Shown: positions 52,890 through 63,119 of the stretch, piece by piece
Layout of the letters: every line of letters starts with the position of its first letter
Position numbering within the stretch: the stretch's first letter is position 1
Origin: Thiobacillaceae bacterium
GTDB taxonomy: Bacteria > Pseudomonadota > Gammaproteobacteria > Burkholderiales > Thiobacillaceae
Assembly (NCBI GenBank): GCA_041640815.1
Contig: JBEPZO010000003.1
Span: 21 to 64,020 of the forward strand
Reading direction: 5' to 3'
Length of the DNA: 64,000 bases
Translations under genes and position numbers: made by a program
The notes under the pieces: generated by a model
What the model was told of the DNA's origin: nothing
The model's database searches: none
What the model saw: the letters and a program-made list of their open reading frames with translations, nothing else

Positions 52890-53687
52890 TTATGCGAATA
52901 GCGCCGGCATGAGGTCACGCGCGGCCGGCTCTGGCAAGCCCCACACAGGATCATAGCGCACGCCGGTGAGATAAAGGCCCTCCGCAGCAAAGGTCGCCGC
53001 CCCTAGGGTACGGTTGCGACTGGCAAGCAGCTCGGCAATCCAGTCAGGCGACCGACGCCCAAGACCGACCCAAACCAGGGCCCCCACCATGTTGCGCACC
53101 TGGTGGTGGAGGAAGGCATTGGCGCTGAATTCGAACACGACGAAGTCCCCAATGCGTTTGACGCTCGCCCGGCGTAGTTCGCGCACCGCCGAGCGCGCCT
53201 GACACTCCGCCGCCCGGAAGGCGGAGAAATCGTGCCAGCCCAGTAGATGGGCCGCAGCGGCCGCCATCTTATCGGTGTCAAGCCGCGCATGGACCCAGCC
53301 GACGCGGCCAGCGAGGACGGCCGGTCGCACCGGGTGATCGAGCAGAACATAACGGTAGCTGCGCTCTTTGGCCGCATGCCGGGCATGGAAGTGGTCGGCC
53401 ACCTGGCGCGCCCACAGGACGGCCACGCTGGCGGGCAGCAGGGCGTTGACCCCACGCACCCAGGCGCTATCCGGGCGCGCGTGGATGGCATCGAAATGCA
53501 CCACTTGGGCCAGGGCATGCACCCCGGCATCGGTGCGCCCTGCCACCACGGTCTGCACCGGCTGGCCATGGATATGGCTCAAGGCCTGCTCCAGGACGTC
53601 CTGGACGGCGCAGCCGGCGGGTTGGGTTTGCCAGCCGCAGAAGGCCCGCCCGTCGTATTCGAGCCCCAAGGCTATGCGTACAGCCAC
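52890..53687 (-). CDS. truA: tRNA pseudouridine(38-40) synthase
   Basis: RIALGLEYDG..F.GWQ.Q......GRTDAGVHA. Start assigned to the GTG at 53687. The ORF extends to 53723, so the start is uncertain. Confidence 0.85.
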   Translation of the reverse strand: MAVRIALGLEYDGRAFCGWQTQPAGCAVQDVLEQALSHIHGQPVQTVVAGRTDAGVHALAQVVHFDAIHARPDSAWVRGVNALLPASVAVLWARQVADHFHARHAAKERSYRYVLLDHPVRPAVLAGRVGWVHARLDTDKMAAAAAHLLGWHDFSAFRAAECQARSAVRELRRASVKRIGDFVVFEFSANAFLHHQVRNMVGALVWVGLGRRSPDWIAELLASRNRTLGAATFAAEGLYLTGVRYDPVWGLPEPAARDLMPALFA

Positions 53688-54223
53688 GCCACCCCCAGCA
53701 GCATGAGGCTGAGCACGCACCAATCAGTGAGGCGATAAGGCCGCACGGCAAGCTCGACGCTGCCGGGTTCGCGCTCGTCGGCTGCTCGAGCCGCGAGCAG
53801 ATCGCGTAGCGCCGCTAGACCCTCGGCGCGTTGCATCGCCGTGAGGGTGAGCATCAGGCGCACCGCCACGCGATCGCGATCGACCCCCACGGCCGTGAAG
53901 GGACGCAGCAGACTGTATAGCCCTGCCATGAGATCGACAAGCGGCATGCGCAGCACGAGGGCGTCGAGCAGCACGAGCAGCAAGCCAAGCCGCCAGGCCT
54001 GCACGAGACCCTGTAGGAGGCCCTCGCGGCTGGGTGAGTAGTGCGCTAGCCCCGCGACCAGGGCATCACCCGGCAGACTGTAGCCATACATGACGAGCGT
54101 GAGCATTAGCAGCCAACGGGTCCGCCGCAACAGGCGCATCACCTCCCCCGCCCGGCCATGGCTGACGATGCCCAGGGCCAGGCTCAAGCCCGCAAGCTGC
54201 GCCAAACCCAGCGCCGGGACCAC
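53672..54223 (-). CDS. Hypothetical membrane protein with weak CbiQ/EcfT-like character
   Basis: 183-aa ORF with a GTG start, hydrophobic segments, and a ..SREGLLQGL.QAWRL..L......T.P..L..GL..LL.P pattern reminiscent of ECF T components. No ECF ATPase or S component is nearby. Overlaps the truA start. Confidence 0.35.
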   Translation of the reverse strand: MVPALGLAQLAGLSLALGIVSHGRAGEVMRLLRRTRWLLMLTLVMYGYSLPGDALVAGLAHYSPSREGLLQGLVQAWRLGLLLVLLDALVLRMPLVDLMAGLYSLLRPFTAVGVDRDRVAVRLMLTLTAMQRAEGLAALRDLLAARAADEREPGSVELAVRPYRLTDWCVLSLMLLGVAWLYA

Positions 54224-54280
54224 CAGGGCGGCCAGTACAAAGCTTAAGATGCGGATGCCTGGGTGCAGCGTGGCAACGAC

Positions 54281-56899
54281 CTACGCAACCTCACTGAGTA
54301 ATTTCTTGGCCGTGTCGCGCTGCTGGCTGTCGCCATCGTTCAACACCTCTTGCAGGATCTCGCGCGCCCCCTCGAGATCCCCCATCTCAATATAGGCCCT
54401 AGCGAGATCGAGCTTGGTGTTATTTTCCTCCCAGATTTCCGGATCAATCTCGGTTGGCGCCTCCTCCGTGCGCACGCTCTCGGCCTCATCCTCCGCAGCC
54501 TTTTCAGAAGCGGCACTCTGGGTCTCGTCTAACTCACCGCGCGCGCCATTTCGCTCCGCTGGCTCACTGAGCTCCAAGTCAATGGCGCTAAGATCTAGAT
54601 CCCACGGTGCCAGCGAGTTTTCGTCCTCCTCAAGCATGGCTGTGGCCTCGGTGCTCTCTACCGTGGGAGCTGGTCCTTCTTCAGCAACGATCGGTTCGGC
54701 AGGCTTGGCCTCTGCTGTAGTCAGTTCGGCCCCCTCTTTTTCTTCATCTACAAGGTTAAGCGCCGCTGGGGAAGATGAGGTCGCACCTGTCTGAGCGGAT
54801 AATGGTTCGAGTGTGCTCGCCTCAATCACCGCTATATCATTCTCCAGGGGGCGATCGACAGGAGGCGCTGGCGCTGGAGTTTCCGCCTGCAACATCGCTA
54901 ATTCAGCTGGTGGCTCGATACCACCTTCAGTGCTGACCGCGGGGGCCACTAAAGGCTGCTCAGCCACTTTTTCCTCAGGGACTGTCTCAGCTGTAACCTC
55001 AGCCTCTGGCTCAACCAAAAGCTGGCTTGACGGTTCTTCTTCGGTATAGGGAAGCGTGTCGATGACCGGAGAAGTTGCTACAGGAGCATCCTGGGCTTGG
55101 GCGTATGCGTCTGCTTCTTTGGCGGCTAATCCAGCAACGGCCACTGCGGCAGCGGCCGCTGGTGCCGCCGAGCTAGCCTCGACCACTGCCATACGGTACA
55201 AGGGGTTGTCCGGATCTATGCTACGTCCCATCTCGGCGACTTTCTGCCAGATCTCGCTACCAGCACCCACCCTAGCATAGAGTGCCCGCGCCTGTGCCTC
55301 ATAGGCGAGCCGGTCCCTGCGCGCTGCGTAGATTTCCAGCAGCTTGAGCGCAATCTCGTGCCGATTGGGATCTTTATTTAGCGCTTCTTTCAGGATTTCT
55401 TCCGCCTGGGCATCACGGCCATAGGCGATATAAACCTCAGCCTCAGCGATGGGATCAACCTCATGCGCATCGATGGTCCCCATACCCAAGCGGCTAAAAT
55501 CGGTCATCAGCGCAGTCCCCTCTGTGGGCGCACCAGACGCTTTCGCATCTGCGCGCGTCTGAGCGCTATCCCTCGTCCGACCACTGACTCCTAGGGTCTT
55601 GCTCGGTTGAGTCTTCCGCTGCCGGTGCTTGTGCCAAGACATCCCCGCCAGCACGAGGGTGAGCAATCCCGCAGCGGTAAGACCAACAAGATATAGAGGG
55701 TTGTCAAACAAAATCGCCCACCAGGCCGACTCGGCCCCCCTAAGGTCTGGGGAGGGAGGTGTCAGTCCAGGGGTTGGCTCTTTCGCTGTTGCAGAGGGAG
55801 CAACCGGTGCCGGTGGGGGCGGAGCCACCTCCTCTCGACGGGCAGCCTGTTCCTCAGCTTTCAAGCGTAGAAGGCGTTGCAAATCCTTGATGGTGCGCTC
55901 AAGCTGGTCAATGCGCTCCTGTGCCTCTTTCAGCGCTCGAGCCTTGGCAGCAAGCTCCTCCTCTAGGGATTGGATACGCGCCAACGCCTTGCCAACCTGT
56001 GGCTCACCACGGGAGAGCTTAAGCACATCCTCAACAGGCTTTGCCGGTGTCAGCGTCCGGTTTTCAGACTTGGGCTGAATGCGACCGCCGGCGGCATCAT
56101 GGCTAAGACTGGCCGCTTGGGAGGCGGCCTCTGCCAACCGCGCCCGAGAGGACTTCCACGCCTTGACCTGCAGTTGCACCTCCCGGATGGCAACCATGGG
56201 ATCGATGAGCAGAACTTCTTCGCGCTCAGGGATGACGAGGGTTACCCCACGCTTGAGACGATTCATGTTCCCACCAAGGAACGCTGATGGATTTTGAGCG
56301 TAGATAGCCAGCATCATCTGCTCTGTGGATGCATCCGCCGGCCTGGTCTTATTGGCGATGGCGTTAAGGGTCTCACCACGGCGTACCGGCCCATAGCGCC
56401 CTGCCCGATCTGACTCAGCCGACTCCTTAGGTAAAGCATCCTCTTTGGCAGGTTGCTTGACTAAAGCAGCTGCGACTGGTGGTGCATCCTCTTTAGATTT
56501 GGCCTCGGCCGGTGGGTCAAGCAATAGCGTGTACTCACGAATAAGACGGCCAGCGCTCCAGTTCAACTCGATGAGCAAATCGAGAAAAGGCTCAGCGATC
56601 GGTGAGGTAGAGGTGATACGTATGACTGGCTGACCATCATGACGCCGTTCGACTTCAAAACGCAGCGCATTGAGAATCTCAGCGCGCTCGATGCGGGCCT
56701 GTCGAAAGGCTTCAGCGCTGGCGAGACGAGCACTCACCGTACCGAGTTCTTCACGCTGAACGTCGACTAACTCTATCTCAGCGCGTAATGGCTGCCCCAG
56801 GGCGGAAAAGATAGCCAGTTTGCCCAGACCAACCGCTTCCGCATGCAAAGCGATAAAGCCGATGAAAAGAAAGACACTATGCAGAACGAAACGGTACAT
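54281..56899 (-). CDS. fimV: FimV/HubP-family peptidoglycan-binding polar scaffold protein
   Basis: N-terminal FimV motif (LG.L.I.SALGQPL.AEIEL), LysM (YGPVRRGETLNAIA..), single TM, very acidic repeat-rich region, C-terminal TPR-like LDLARAYIEMGD.EGAREIL.EV. Canonical position between usg and truA. Confidence 0.8.
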   Translation of the reverse strand: MYRFVLHSVFLFIGFIALHAEAVGLGKLAIFSALGQPLRAEIELVDVQREELGTVSARLASAEAFRQARIERAEILNALRFEVERRHDGQPVIRITSTSPIAEPFLDLLIELNWSAGRLIREYTLLLDPPAEAKSKEDAPPVAAALVKQPAKEDALPKESAESDRAGRYGPVRRGETLNAIANKTRPADASTEQMMLAIYAQNPSAFLGGNMNRLKRGVTLVIPEREEVLLIDPMVAIREVQLQVKAWKSSRARLAEAASQAASLSHDAAGGRIQPKSENRTLTPAKPVEDVLKLSRGEPQVGKALARIQSLEEELAAKARALKEAQERIDQLERTIKDLQRLLRLKAEEQAARREEVAPPPPAPVAPSATAKEPTPGLTPPSPDLRGAESAWWAILFDNPLYLVGLTAAGLLTLVLAGMSWHKHRQRKTQPSKTLGVSGRTRDSAQTRADAKASGAPTEGTALMTDFSRLGMGTIDAHEVDPIAEAEVYIAYGRDAQAEEILKEALNKDPNRHEIALKLLEIYAARRDRLAYEAQARALYARVGAGSEIWQKVAEMGRSIDPDNPLYRMAVVEASSAAPAAAAAVAVAGLAAKEADAYAQAQDAPVATSPVIDTLPYTEEEPSSQLLVEPEAEVTAETVPEEKVAEQPLVAPAVSTEGGIEPPAELAMLQAETPAPAPPVDRPLENDIAVIEASTLEPLSAQTGATSSSPAALNLVDEEKEGAELTTAEAKPAEPIVAEEGPAPTVESTEATAMLEEDENSLAPWDLDLSAIDLELSEPAERNGARGELDETQSAASEKAAEDEAESVRTEEAPTEIDPEIWEENNTKLDLARAYIEMGDLEGAREILQEVLNDGDSQQRDTAKKLLSEVA

Positions 56900-57126
56900 C
56901 GTTACGCCCAGTGGCAATCCATCTCCATACTTAAACCTGGCGTGTAGCACTTTGAATCGCGCAATTGTAACCGCAGATGCCGACAAAACACGATGCAGTA
57001 ACGTAATCTTGCCCAGCGAGCGGTTCAGAGAGTCCTACGCGATTTGTTATTGCCGACGTCACAATTGCATCCGCAGCTATCACAGCTCTGTTGCTCTGCC
57101 GTAGGGTTCCTAATGCAAAGTTATCT

Positions 57127-58083
57127 TTAATTCCTCTGAGATTCAATCAGTTTTTCTACGCCTCGGCAGAGCTGTAAGGCCTCCAACCGGGAATGATCGT
57201 AGGTAAGCCAGAAAGAGAAACACCCTGCGTCCGCATCTTCCAGCCTGAGTCGCCCCAGCACGACATCCGTGCTATCGACGCCATCGGTGGCGGGCGTCGG
57301 CGCAGCCCCAGGCAGAGTACCCTCCATGACCAGCACGCCTGGTACCCGCGCCAGCCGCGCGCGTAGCCTTTCACGCTCCAGACCGCCAGCAGCGCGGCCA
57401 TGCAAGGCGACCACGCCGCCGTGGAAGGTGGGTATCCATGCCGCGGTGAGTTGCGCGACCATCTCCTCCCCCCAGATCCCTTGCAGCGCATGCGCAAGAC
57501 TACGCTCCAGGGCGCTTAGGCCATCCTCACCGATCTCCCCTACTTGCGGCAGCAGGTTGAAGGCGATCTGGACGGGGAAGACCTCGGGCTCGATCGCCTC
57601 CAGCGCGAACAGGGCACGCGACTGCCGCGCCAGTTCATCGACCCCGCCTCGCCCTCGCGCCGCGACGGGCAGGCCAATGAAGCCCGACAGACGCCGCAAG
57701 CCGGCATCGCCCACGAGCGGCAGGAGCACGCGCGCAATCGCCGCCATCGGTGCAGACTGCACCTCGATGAGCTGACCGGCGGGAGCGGTGGCAAGCCCCT
57801 CCACGGCCACCAGGCGACAGCCACGCGCGATAAGATCGCGCGCCAGACGCATCGCCGACGGCGTGCGTGCAGCGAAGATCACCGCCTTTAGCGTCGACCA
57901 GTCGACCTCGTCGGCACGCTGGCAGGGGAGCTCGGCTTCGCCGTAGCGGACACAGCCCTCTGCCTCTTCCAGGCTGACGGGCAGGATCGCTGCCGGCGCC
58001 TGGGCAGACTGCGCCAGCGCTTCCAGCAGCGCCTCGCCGACCGGGTCATCGGCGCCGACGACGGCGATGGGTCGAGGGTCCAC
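57127..58083 (-). CDS. Aspartate-semialdehyde dehydrogenase paralogue (USG-1-like)
   Basis: Asd-fold similarity and the conserved asd-usg-fimV context. Start assigned to the GTG at 58083 so that it does not overlap asd; the start is uncertain. Confidence 0.65.
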   Translation of the reverse strand: MDPRPIAVVGADDPVGEALLEALAQSAQAPAAILPVSLEEAEGCVRYGEAELPCQRADEVDWSTLKAVIFAARTPSAMRLARDLIARGCRLVAVEGLATAPAGQLIEVQSAPMAAIARVLLPLVGDAGLRRLSGFIGLPVAARGRGGVDELARQSRALFALEAIEPEVFPVQIAFNLLPQVGEIGEDGLSALERSLAHALQGIWGEEMVAQLTAAWIPTFHGGVVALHGRAAGGLERERLRARLARVPGVLVMEGTLPGAAPTPATDGVDSTDVVLGRLRLEDADAGCFSFWLTYDHSRLEALQLCRGVEKLIESQRN

Positions 58084-58094
58084 GCCGGCCAGCT

Positions 58095-59210
58095 TCAAGC
58101 CTCCAGCAGGATGCGCAACATGCGCCGCAGGGGCTCGGCCGCCCCCCACAGCAGCTGGTCGCCGACGGTGAAGGCGGCCAGGTATTCTGGGCCCATGTTG
58201 AGTTTGCGCATACGTCCCACGGGCACCGTGAGAGTGCCGCTCACGGCGGCGGGAGTAAGCTGCGCCATGGTGATCTCACGCTCGTTGGGCACCACCCGCA
58301 CCCATTGGTTGTGGCTGGCGATGATGGCGTGGATGTCGTCAAGGGGGACATCGCGGGTGAGCTTGATGGTGAGCGCCTGGCTATGGCAGCGCATGGCCCC
58401 GATGCGGACGCACAGGCCATCGATGGGGATGGGGTTGGCGCTGCGGCCAAGGATCTTGTTCGCCTCCACCTGTGCCTTCCACTCCTCCCTCGACTGCCCG
58501 GTTTCCATCTGCGCGTCGATCCAGGGGATGAGCGAGGCGGCAAGCGGCACGGGCCAGGCATCCAGGGGGAAGCGGTCAGAGCGCAGAAAAGCGGTGACCT
58601 TGCGGTCGATCTCCAGGATGGCGGCAGCCGGGTCGTCGAGCAGGGCTTTGACCTCGGCGTGGATGGCGCCCATCTGCTCGAGCAGCTCGCGCATGTTGCG
58701 CGCGCCGGCGCCAGAGGCGGCCTGGTAGGTCTGTGGCGCGATCCACTCCACCAGGCCGGCCTCGATGAGGCCGCCGATGGCCATCAGCATGAGCGACACC
58801 GTGCAGTTACCGCCGACATAGGTCTTCACCCCCCGGGCCAAGCCGTCCTGGATGAGCCTGCGGTTGACCGGGTCGAGGATGATGATGGCCTCCTCCTGCA
58901 TGCGCAGCGTCGAGGCGGCATCGATCCAGTAGCCGTTCCAGCCCGCCTGGCGTAGTCTCGGATAGACCGCCTTGGTATAGTCGCCGCCCTGGCAGGTGAT
59001 GATCACCTCCATCGCCTTGAGCGCGTCGATGGACATCGCATCCTTGAGCGGCGGCACCTCGCGGCCGATGTCCGGCCCCTGTCCGCCTGGGTTGGAGGTG
59101 GAGAAGAACACCGGTTCGATGAGGTCGAAATCGCCCTCCTCGCGCATGCGGCCCATGAGCACCGAGCCGACCATGCCGCGCCAGCCGACCAAGCCTACTG
59201 TCTTTTTCAT
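58095..59210 (-). CDS. asd: Aspartate-semialdehyde dehydrogenase
   Basis: [25 protein letters not shown] (active-site Cys). 371 aa. Confidence 0.95.
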   Translation of the reverse strand: MKKTVGLVGWRGMVGSVLMGRMREEGDFDLIEPVFFSTSNPGGQGPDIGREVPPLKDAMSIDALKAMEVIITCQGGDYTKAVYPRLRQAGWNGYWIDAASTLRMQEEAIIILDPVNRRLIQDGLARGVKTYVGGNCTVSLMLMAIGGLIEAGLVEWIAPQTYQAASGAGARNMRELLEQMGAIHAEVKALLDDPAAAILEIDRKVTAFLRSDRFPLDAWPVPLAASLIPWIDAQMETGQSREEWKAQVEANKILGRSANPIPIDGLCVRIGAMRCHSQALTIKLTRDVPLDDIHAIIASHNQWVRVVPNEREITMAQLTPAAVSGTLTVPVGRMRKLNMGPEYLAAFTVGDQLLWGAAEPLRRMLRILLEA

Positions 59211-59237
59211 GTCGTCAACCTCTATTGCCGTGATCGA

Positions 59238-60299
59238 TCACAACGCCGCCACGACGGCATCACCCATGGCGCTGCAGGAGACGCGCTCGCAGCCCTCGGT
59301 CCAGATGTCGGCGGTGCGCAGCCCACGGGCGAGGACGCGCTTGACCGCCGTCTCGATGCGCCCGGCGGTAGCCTCGTCGTCGAAGCTGTAGCGGAACATC
59401 ATCGCCAGCGACAAAATGGTGGCGAGCGGATTGGCCAGGTCACGACCGGCGATGTCGGGGGCGCTGCCGTGGATGGGTTCGTAAAGCCCTTTGTTGTGCG
59501 CGTCGAGCGAGGCCGAGGGCAGCATGCCGATGGAGCCCGAGAGCATGGCGGCCTCGTCGGAGAGGATGTCGCCGAACAGGTTGCCGGTGACGATGACGTC
59601 GAACTGCTTCGGATTGCGCACCAACTGCATGGCGGCGTTGTCCACGTACATGGAGGTGAGCTCCACCTCGGGGTAATCCTTCGCCACCTCGGCCACCACA
59701 TCGCGCCACAGCTCGGAACACTCCAGGACGTTGGCCTTCTCGACCGAACAGAGCCTTTTGCTGCGTTTCATGGCGATGCCGAAGGCCACGTGGGCCACGC
59801 GCCGGATCTCCGATTCCGAGTAGACCATGGTGTTGTAACCCACCCGTTCGCCATCTCTGACCTCGATGCCGCGCGGCTGCCCGAAGTAGACATCGCCAGT
59901 GAGCTCGCGCACGATCATGATGTCTAGCCCGGCCACCACCTCCGGCCGCAAGGTCGAGGCGCTGGCAAGCTCGGGATAGAGCAGCGCCGGCCTGAGGTTG
60001 GCGAACAGGTTGAGTGCCTTGCGGATGCGCAATAGCCCGCGCTCCGGGCGCAGCGGGCGCGGCAGCTGATCGTACTGCGGGCCGCCCACTGCCCCCAGTA
60101 GCACGGCGTCCGCCTGCTGTGCGAGCTTGAGCGTAGCCTCCGGCAAGGGGTCGCCTACTGCATCGTAGCCCGCGCCCCCGATGGGGGCGAGCTCGGTTTC
60201 GAGCTTGAGTCCATCGCGCCTGAGGGCGTCGAGCACCTTCATCGCCTGCGCGACGATCTCCTTGCCGATGCCGTCTCCCGGCAACACTGCAATCTTCAT
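59238..60299 (-). CDS. leuB: 3-isopropylmalate dehydrogenase
   Basis: [39 protein letters not shown] motifs. Confidence 0.95.
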   Translation of the reverse strand: MKIAVLPGDGIGKEIVAQAMKVLDALRRDGLKLETELAPIGGAGYDAVGDPLPEATLKLAQQADAVLLGAVGGPQYDQLPRPLRPERGLLRIRKALNLFANLRPALLYPELASASTLRPEVVAGLDIMIVRELTGDVYFGQPRGIEVRDGERVGYNTMVYSESEIRRVAHVAFGIAMKRSKRLCSVEKANVLECSELWRDVVAEVAKDYPEVELTSMYVDNAAMQLVRNPKQFDVIVTGNLFGDILSDEAAMLSGSIGMLPSASLDAHNKGLYEPIHGSAPDIAGRDLANPLATILSLAMMFRYSFDDEATAGRIETAVKRVLARGLRTADIWTEGCERVSCSAMGDAVVAAL

Positions 60300-60344
60300 G
60301 CACCGATCTCCAGATTTGCCTCGCTTCGCGCTAGTGGCAACGGG

Positions 60345-61010
60345 CTAGGCAGCTTGTGATGCCGCGGCCGGCGCCTCGAACAGCCAGGGCGCTTCCTGAC
60401 GGCGCCGCGCCTCATAAGCGCGGATCTTGTCGATATGCTGCAAGGTGATGCCGATGTCGTCCAGCCCGTTGAGCAGGCGGTGCTTGCGCTCGGCATCGAC
60501 CTCGAAATGGATCGTCTCGCCGAAGGGTGTGGTGAGGGTCTGCGCCTCAAGGTCTACCCGCAAGCGGTAACCGGGGTTGGCCTCGACCTCTTGGAACAGC
60601 CGCTCCACAACCTCGGCCGGCAGGACGATGGGCAGCAAGCCGTTCTTGAAGCAGTTGTTGTAGAAGATGTCGGCGAAGCTCGGAGCGATAAGGACGCGGA
60701 AGCCATAGTCCTGCAGGGCCCAGGGGGCATGCTCGCGCGACGAGCCACAGCCGAAGTTTTCGCGTGTGAGCAAGATGCTGGCGCCTTGGTAACGCGGCTG
60801 ATTCAACACGAACTCGGGGTTGAGCGGCCGGCGGCTACAGTCTTGCCCCGGCTCGCCATGGTCCAGATAGCGCCATTCATCGAACAGGTTGGGTCCGAAG
60901 CCGGTGCGCTTGATGGACTTGAGAAACTGTTTCGGGATGATGGCGTCGGTGTCGACGTTGGCGCGATTCAGGGGCGCCACCAGGCCCTCATGGCGGATGA
61001 AAGGCTTCAT
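60345..61010 (-). CDS. leuD: 3-isopropylmalate dehydratase small subunit
   Basis: [47 protein letters not shown]. Start at the internal ATG. Confidence 0.95.
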   Translation of the reverse strand: MKPFIRHEGLVAPLNRANVDTDAIIPKQFLKSIKRTGFGPNLFDEWRYLDHGEPGQDCSRRPLNPEFVLNQPRYQGASILLTRENFGCGSSREHAPWALQDYGFRVLIAPSFADIFYNNCFKNGLLPIVLPAEVVERLFQEVEANPGYRLRVDLEAQTLTTPFGETIHFEVDAERKHRLLNGLDDIGITLQHIDKIRAYEARRRQEAPWLFEAPAAASQAA

Positions 61011-61165
61011 CGCGTCGATCTCTGGATGGCCTCGCCGGCCTTCTCGATGTCTTGGCCGATGCCGCGCACGGTGTTGCAGCCATAGAGGCCAACCACCACG
61101 CCGATGGCCAGGCCGATGAGCAGCAGTTTGATCACGCCCAAAACGATCAAGTTTTTCGGGGTCAT
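61007..61165 (-). CDS. Entericidin A/B-family small lipoprotein (52 aa)
   Basis: Below the ORF-track size cut-off. [52 protein letters not shown] has lipobox L-Y-G-C followed by CNT.RG.G.DI...G..I, as in EcnA/EcnB. Its stop overlaps the leuD ATG (ATGA). Confidence 0.65.
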   Translation of the reverse strand: MTPKNLIVLGVIKLLLIGLAIGVVVGLYGCNTVRGIGQDIEKAGEAIQRSTR

Positions 61166-61301
61166 GTGCCTCCCTCGACGTCAATACGACATGGCATTGG
61201 CCATGTCAGGCCCAAAGGACGTAAGCGCCGGGCGCCATGCGCCCGCCTTGCCCCCTCGCCCGGGCGGCAAGGGGGTGCCCATGCCGCGTGCGCTTCGCGC
61301 C

Positions 61302-62702
61302 TTACAGCGTGCGCACATCGACGAAATGCCCAAAGACTGCCGCGGCGGCGGCCATGGCCGGGCTGACCAGGTGCGTGCGCCCGCCAGGCCCCTGCCGTCC
61401 CTCGAAATTGCGGTTGGAGGTGGCGGCGCAGCGCTCGCCGGGCTCCAAGCGGTCGGCATTCATCGCCAGGCACATGGAGCAGCCCGGCTCACGCCATTCA
61501 AAGCCCGCCTCGCGGAAGATGCGGTCCAGCCCCTCGGCCTCGGCCTGTGCCTTCACCAGCCCGGAGCCCGGCACGACCATGGCCAGCTTGACATTATCGG
61601 CTAGCCGGCGCCCGCGCACCACCGCCGCCGCCGCGCGCAGGTCCTCGATGCGCGAATTGGTGCAGGAGCCGATGAACACCTTGTCCACCTTGATCTCGGT
61701 GATCGGCGTATGCGGCGCGAGGCCCATGTACTTCAGGGCCCGCTCCCAATCGGCGCGTTTGACCGGTGTGGGCGCCTCGGCGGGATCGGGTACGCGGCCG
61801 GTCACCGGCACCACCATCTCCGGCGAGGTCCCCCAGGTGACCTGGGGCACGATGTCGGCGGCAGCGAGCGTCACCACGGCATCGAAGCGGGCGTCCGGAT
61901 CGGAGACGAGCGTCCGCCACCAAGCGGCCGCGGCCTCGAACGACGCCCCTTTGGGGGCAAAGGGCCGGCCGCGCAGATAGTCGATGGTCTTTTCGTCCAC
62001 CGCCACCATGCCGGCGCGCGCACCGGCCTCGATGGCCATGTTGCACAGGGTCATGCGCCCTTCCATGGACAGGTCGCGGATGGTGCTACCGGCGAATTCG
62101 ATGGCGTAGCCGGTGCCGCCGGCGGTGCCGATCTTGCCGATCAAGGCCAAAGCGATGTCCTTCGCCGTGACCCCATGGCCGAGCTCACCCTCGACCTTGA
62201 CCAGCATGCGCTTGGCTTTTTTCTGCCAGAGGCATTGGGTCGCCAGGACGTGCTCGACCTCGGAGGTGCCGATGCCAAAGGCCAAGGCGGCGAAGGCGCC
62301 GTGCGTGCTGGTGTGCGAGTCGCCGCAGACGATGGTCATGCCCGGCTGGGTGAAGCCCTGCTCCGGACCGATGACGTGCACGATGCCCTGCCGGCGATCC
62401 TGCATCGGGAACTCCAGCAGATTGAATTCCCGGCAATTGGCATCGAGGGTCTCGACCTGCAGCCGCGACACGGGGTCGGCAATCCCCTGCGCCCGGGCGG
62501 TGGTGGGGACGTTGTGATCCGGCACGGCCAGCACCGATTCCGGACGCCATGGCCGGCGACCGGCGAGTTTCAGCCCCTCGAAGGCCTGCGGGCTGGTCAC
62601 CTCGTGCACCAAGTGGCGGTCGATGTAGAGGAGCGTGCTGCCATCGGGCTCCTCGTGCACCACATGCGCATCCCAGAGCTTGTCGTAGAGGGTTCGCGGC
62701 AT
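61302..62702 (-). CDS. leuC: 3-isopropylmalate dehydratase large subunit
   Basis: [35 protein letters not shown] aconitase-family Fe-S ligand motifs. 466 aa. Confidence 0.95.
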   Translation of the reverse strand: MPRTLYDKLWDAHVVHEEPDGSTLLYIDRHLVHEVTSPQAFEGLKLAGRRPWRPESVLAVPDHNVPTTARAQGIADPVSRLQVETLDANCREFNLLEFPMQDRRQGIVHVIGPEQGFTQPGMTIVCGDSHTSTHGAFAALAFGIGTSEVEHVLATQCLWQKKAKRMLVKVEGELGHGVTAKDIALALIGKIGTAGGTGYAIEFAGSTIRDLSMEGRMTLCNMAIEAGARAGMVAVDEKTIDYLRGRPFAPKGASFEAAAAWWRTLVSDPDARFDAVVTLAAADIVPQVTWGTSPEMVVPVTGRVPDPAEAPTPVKRADWERALKYMGLAPHTPITEIKVDKVFIGSCTNSRIEDLRAAAAVVRGRRLADNVKLAMVVPGSGLVKAQAEAEGLDRIFREAGFEWREPGCSMCLAMNADRLEPGERCAATSNRNFEGRQGPGGRTHLVSPAMAAAAAVFGHFVDVRTL

Positions 62703-62762
62703 CGACGGTTAAATGAAGAAAGGCGGCGAGAGCATCACTCCCTACCGAGTCAAGAATTGCGT

Positions 62763-62791
62763 AGTATACCATTCCCGGTGATTGCAGCGAA
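62763..62791 (-). promoter_or_regulatory. Candidate sigma-70 promoter with extended -10 for leuC
   Basis: The minus strand reads TTCGCT-N17-(TGG)TATACT, about 60 nt upstream of the leuC ATG. Confidence 0.3.
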
Positions 62792-63119
62792 CCAAAAGCG
62801 CGAGCGAAAACCGCCTGGCGTAGTAGCATCTATCTGCGCCTTGTAGGGGGCCAGCGTTTCGCCGTATGGGCGGACAATCACTCCGATCTCGCGCCGTCTG
62901 CGCAGCCGCCTAACCGCCTAGGGGGTAAAAGGCGCTCAGGTGATGCTTTAATCGACATGCGACCTGCCATGTCATCTTGCGCATGTGCTGGCTCGTCAGG
63001 ATCGCGGCTTAGCCCCTCTTGTTCATCTTCTTCTGGGATGTAGGCTTCGTCTATTTGCAATACCTGGCCAGCCCGCTACCATCCCCCTGGCTTGATACGA
63101 TTGATGGAGCCAGTAAACC

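Noticed and set aside
62703-63119. The 417-nt leuC upstream spacer was checked for a Leu-rich leader peptide/attenuator and for a divergent regulator. It includes the 60-aa ORF at 62878-63060.
   Set aside because: No run of Leu codons and no terminator/antiterminator pairing was recognised. The 60-aa ORF has no motifs or RBS. Only a candidate extended -10 promoter is reported.
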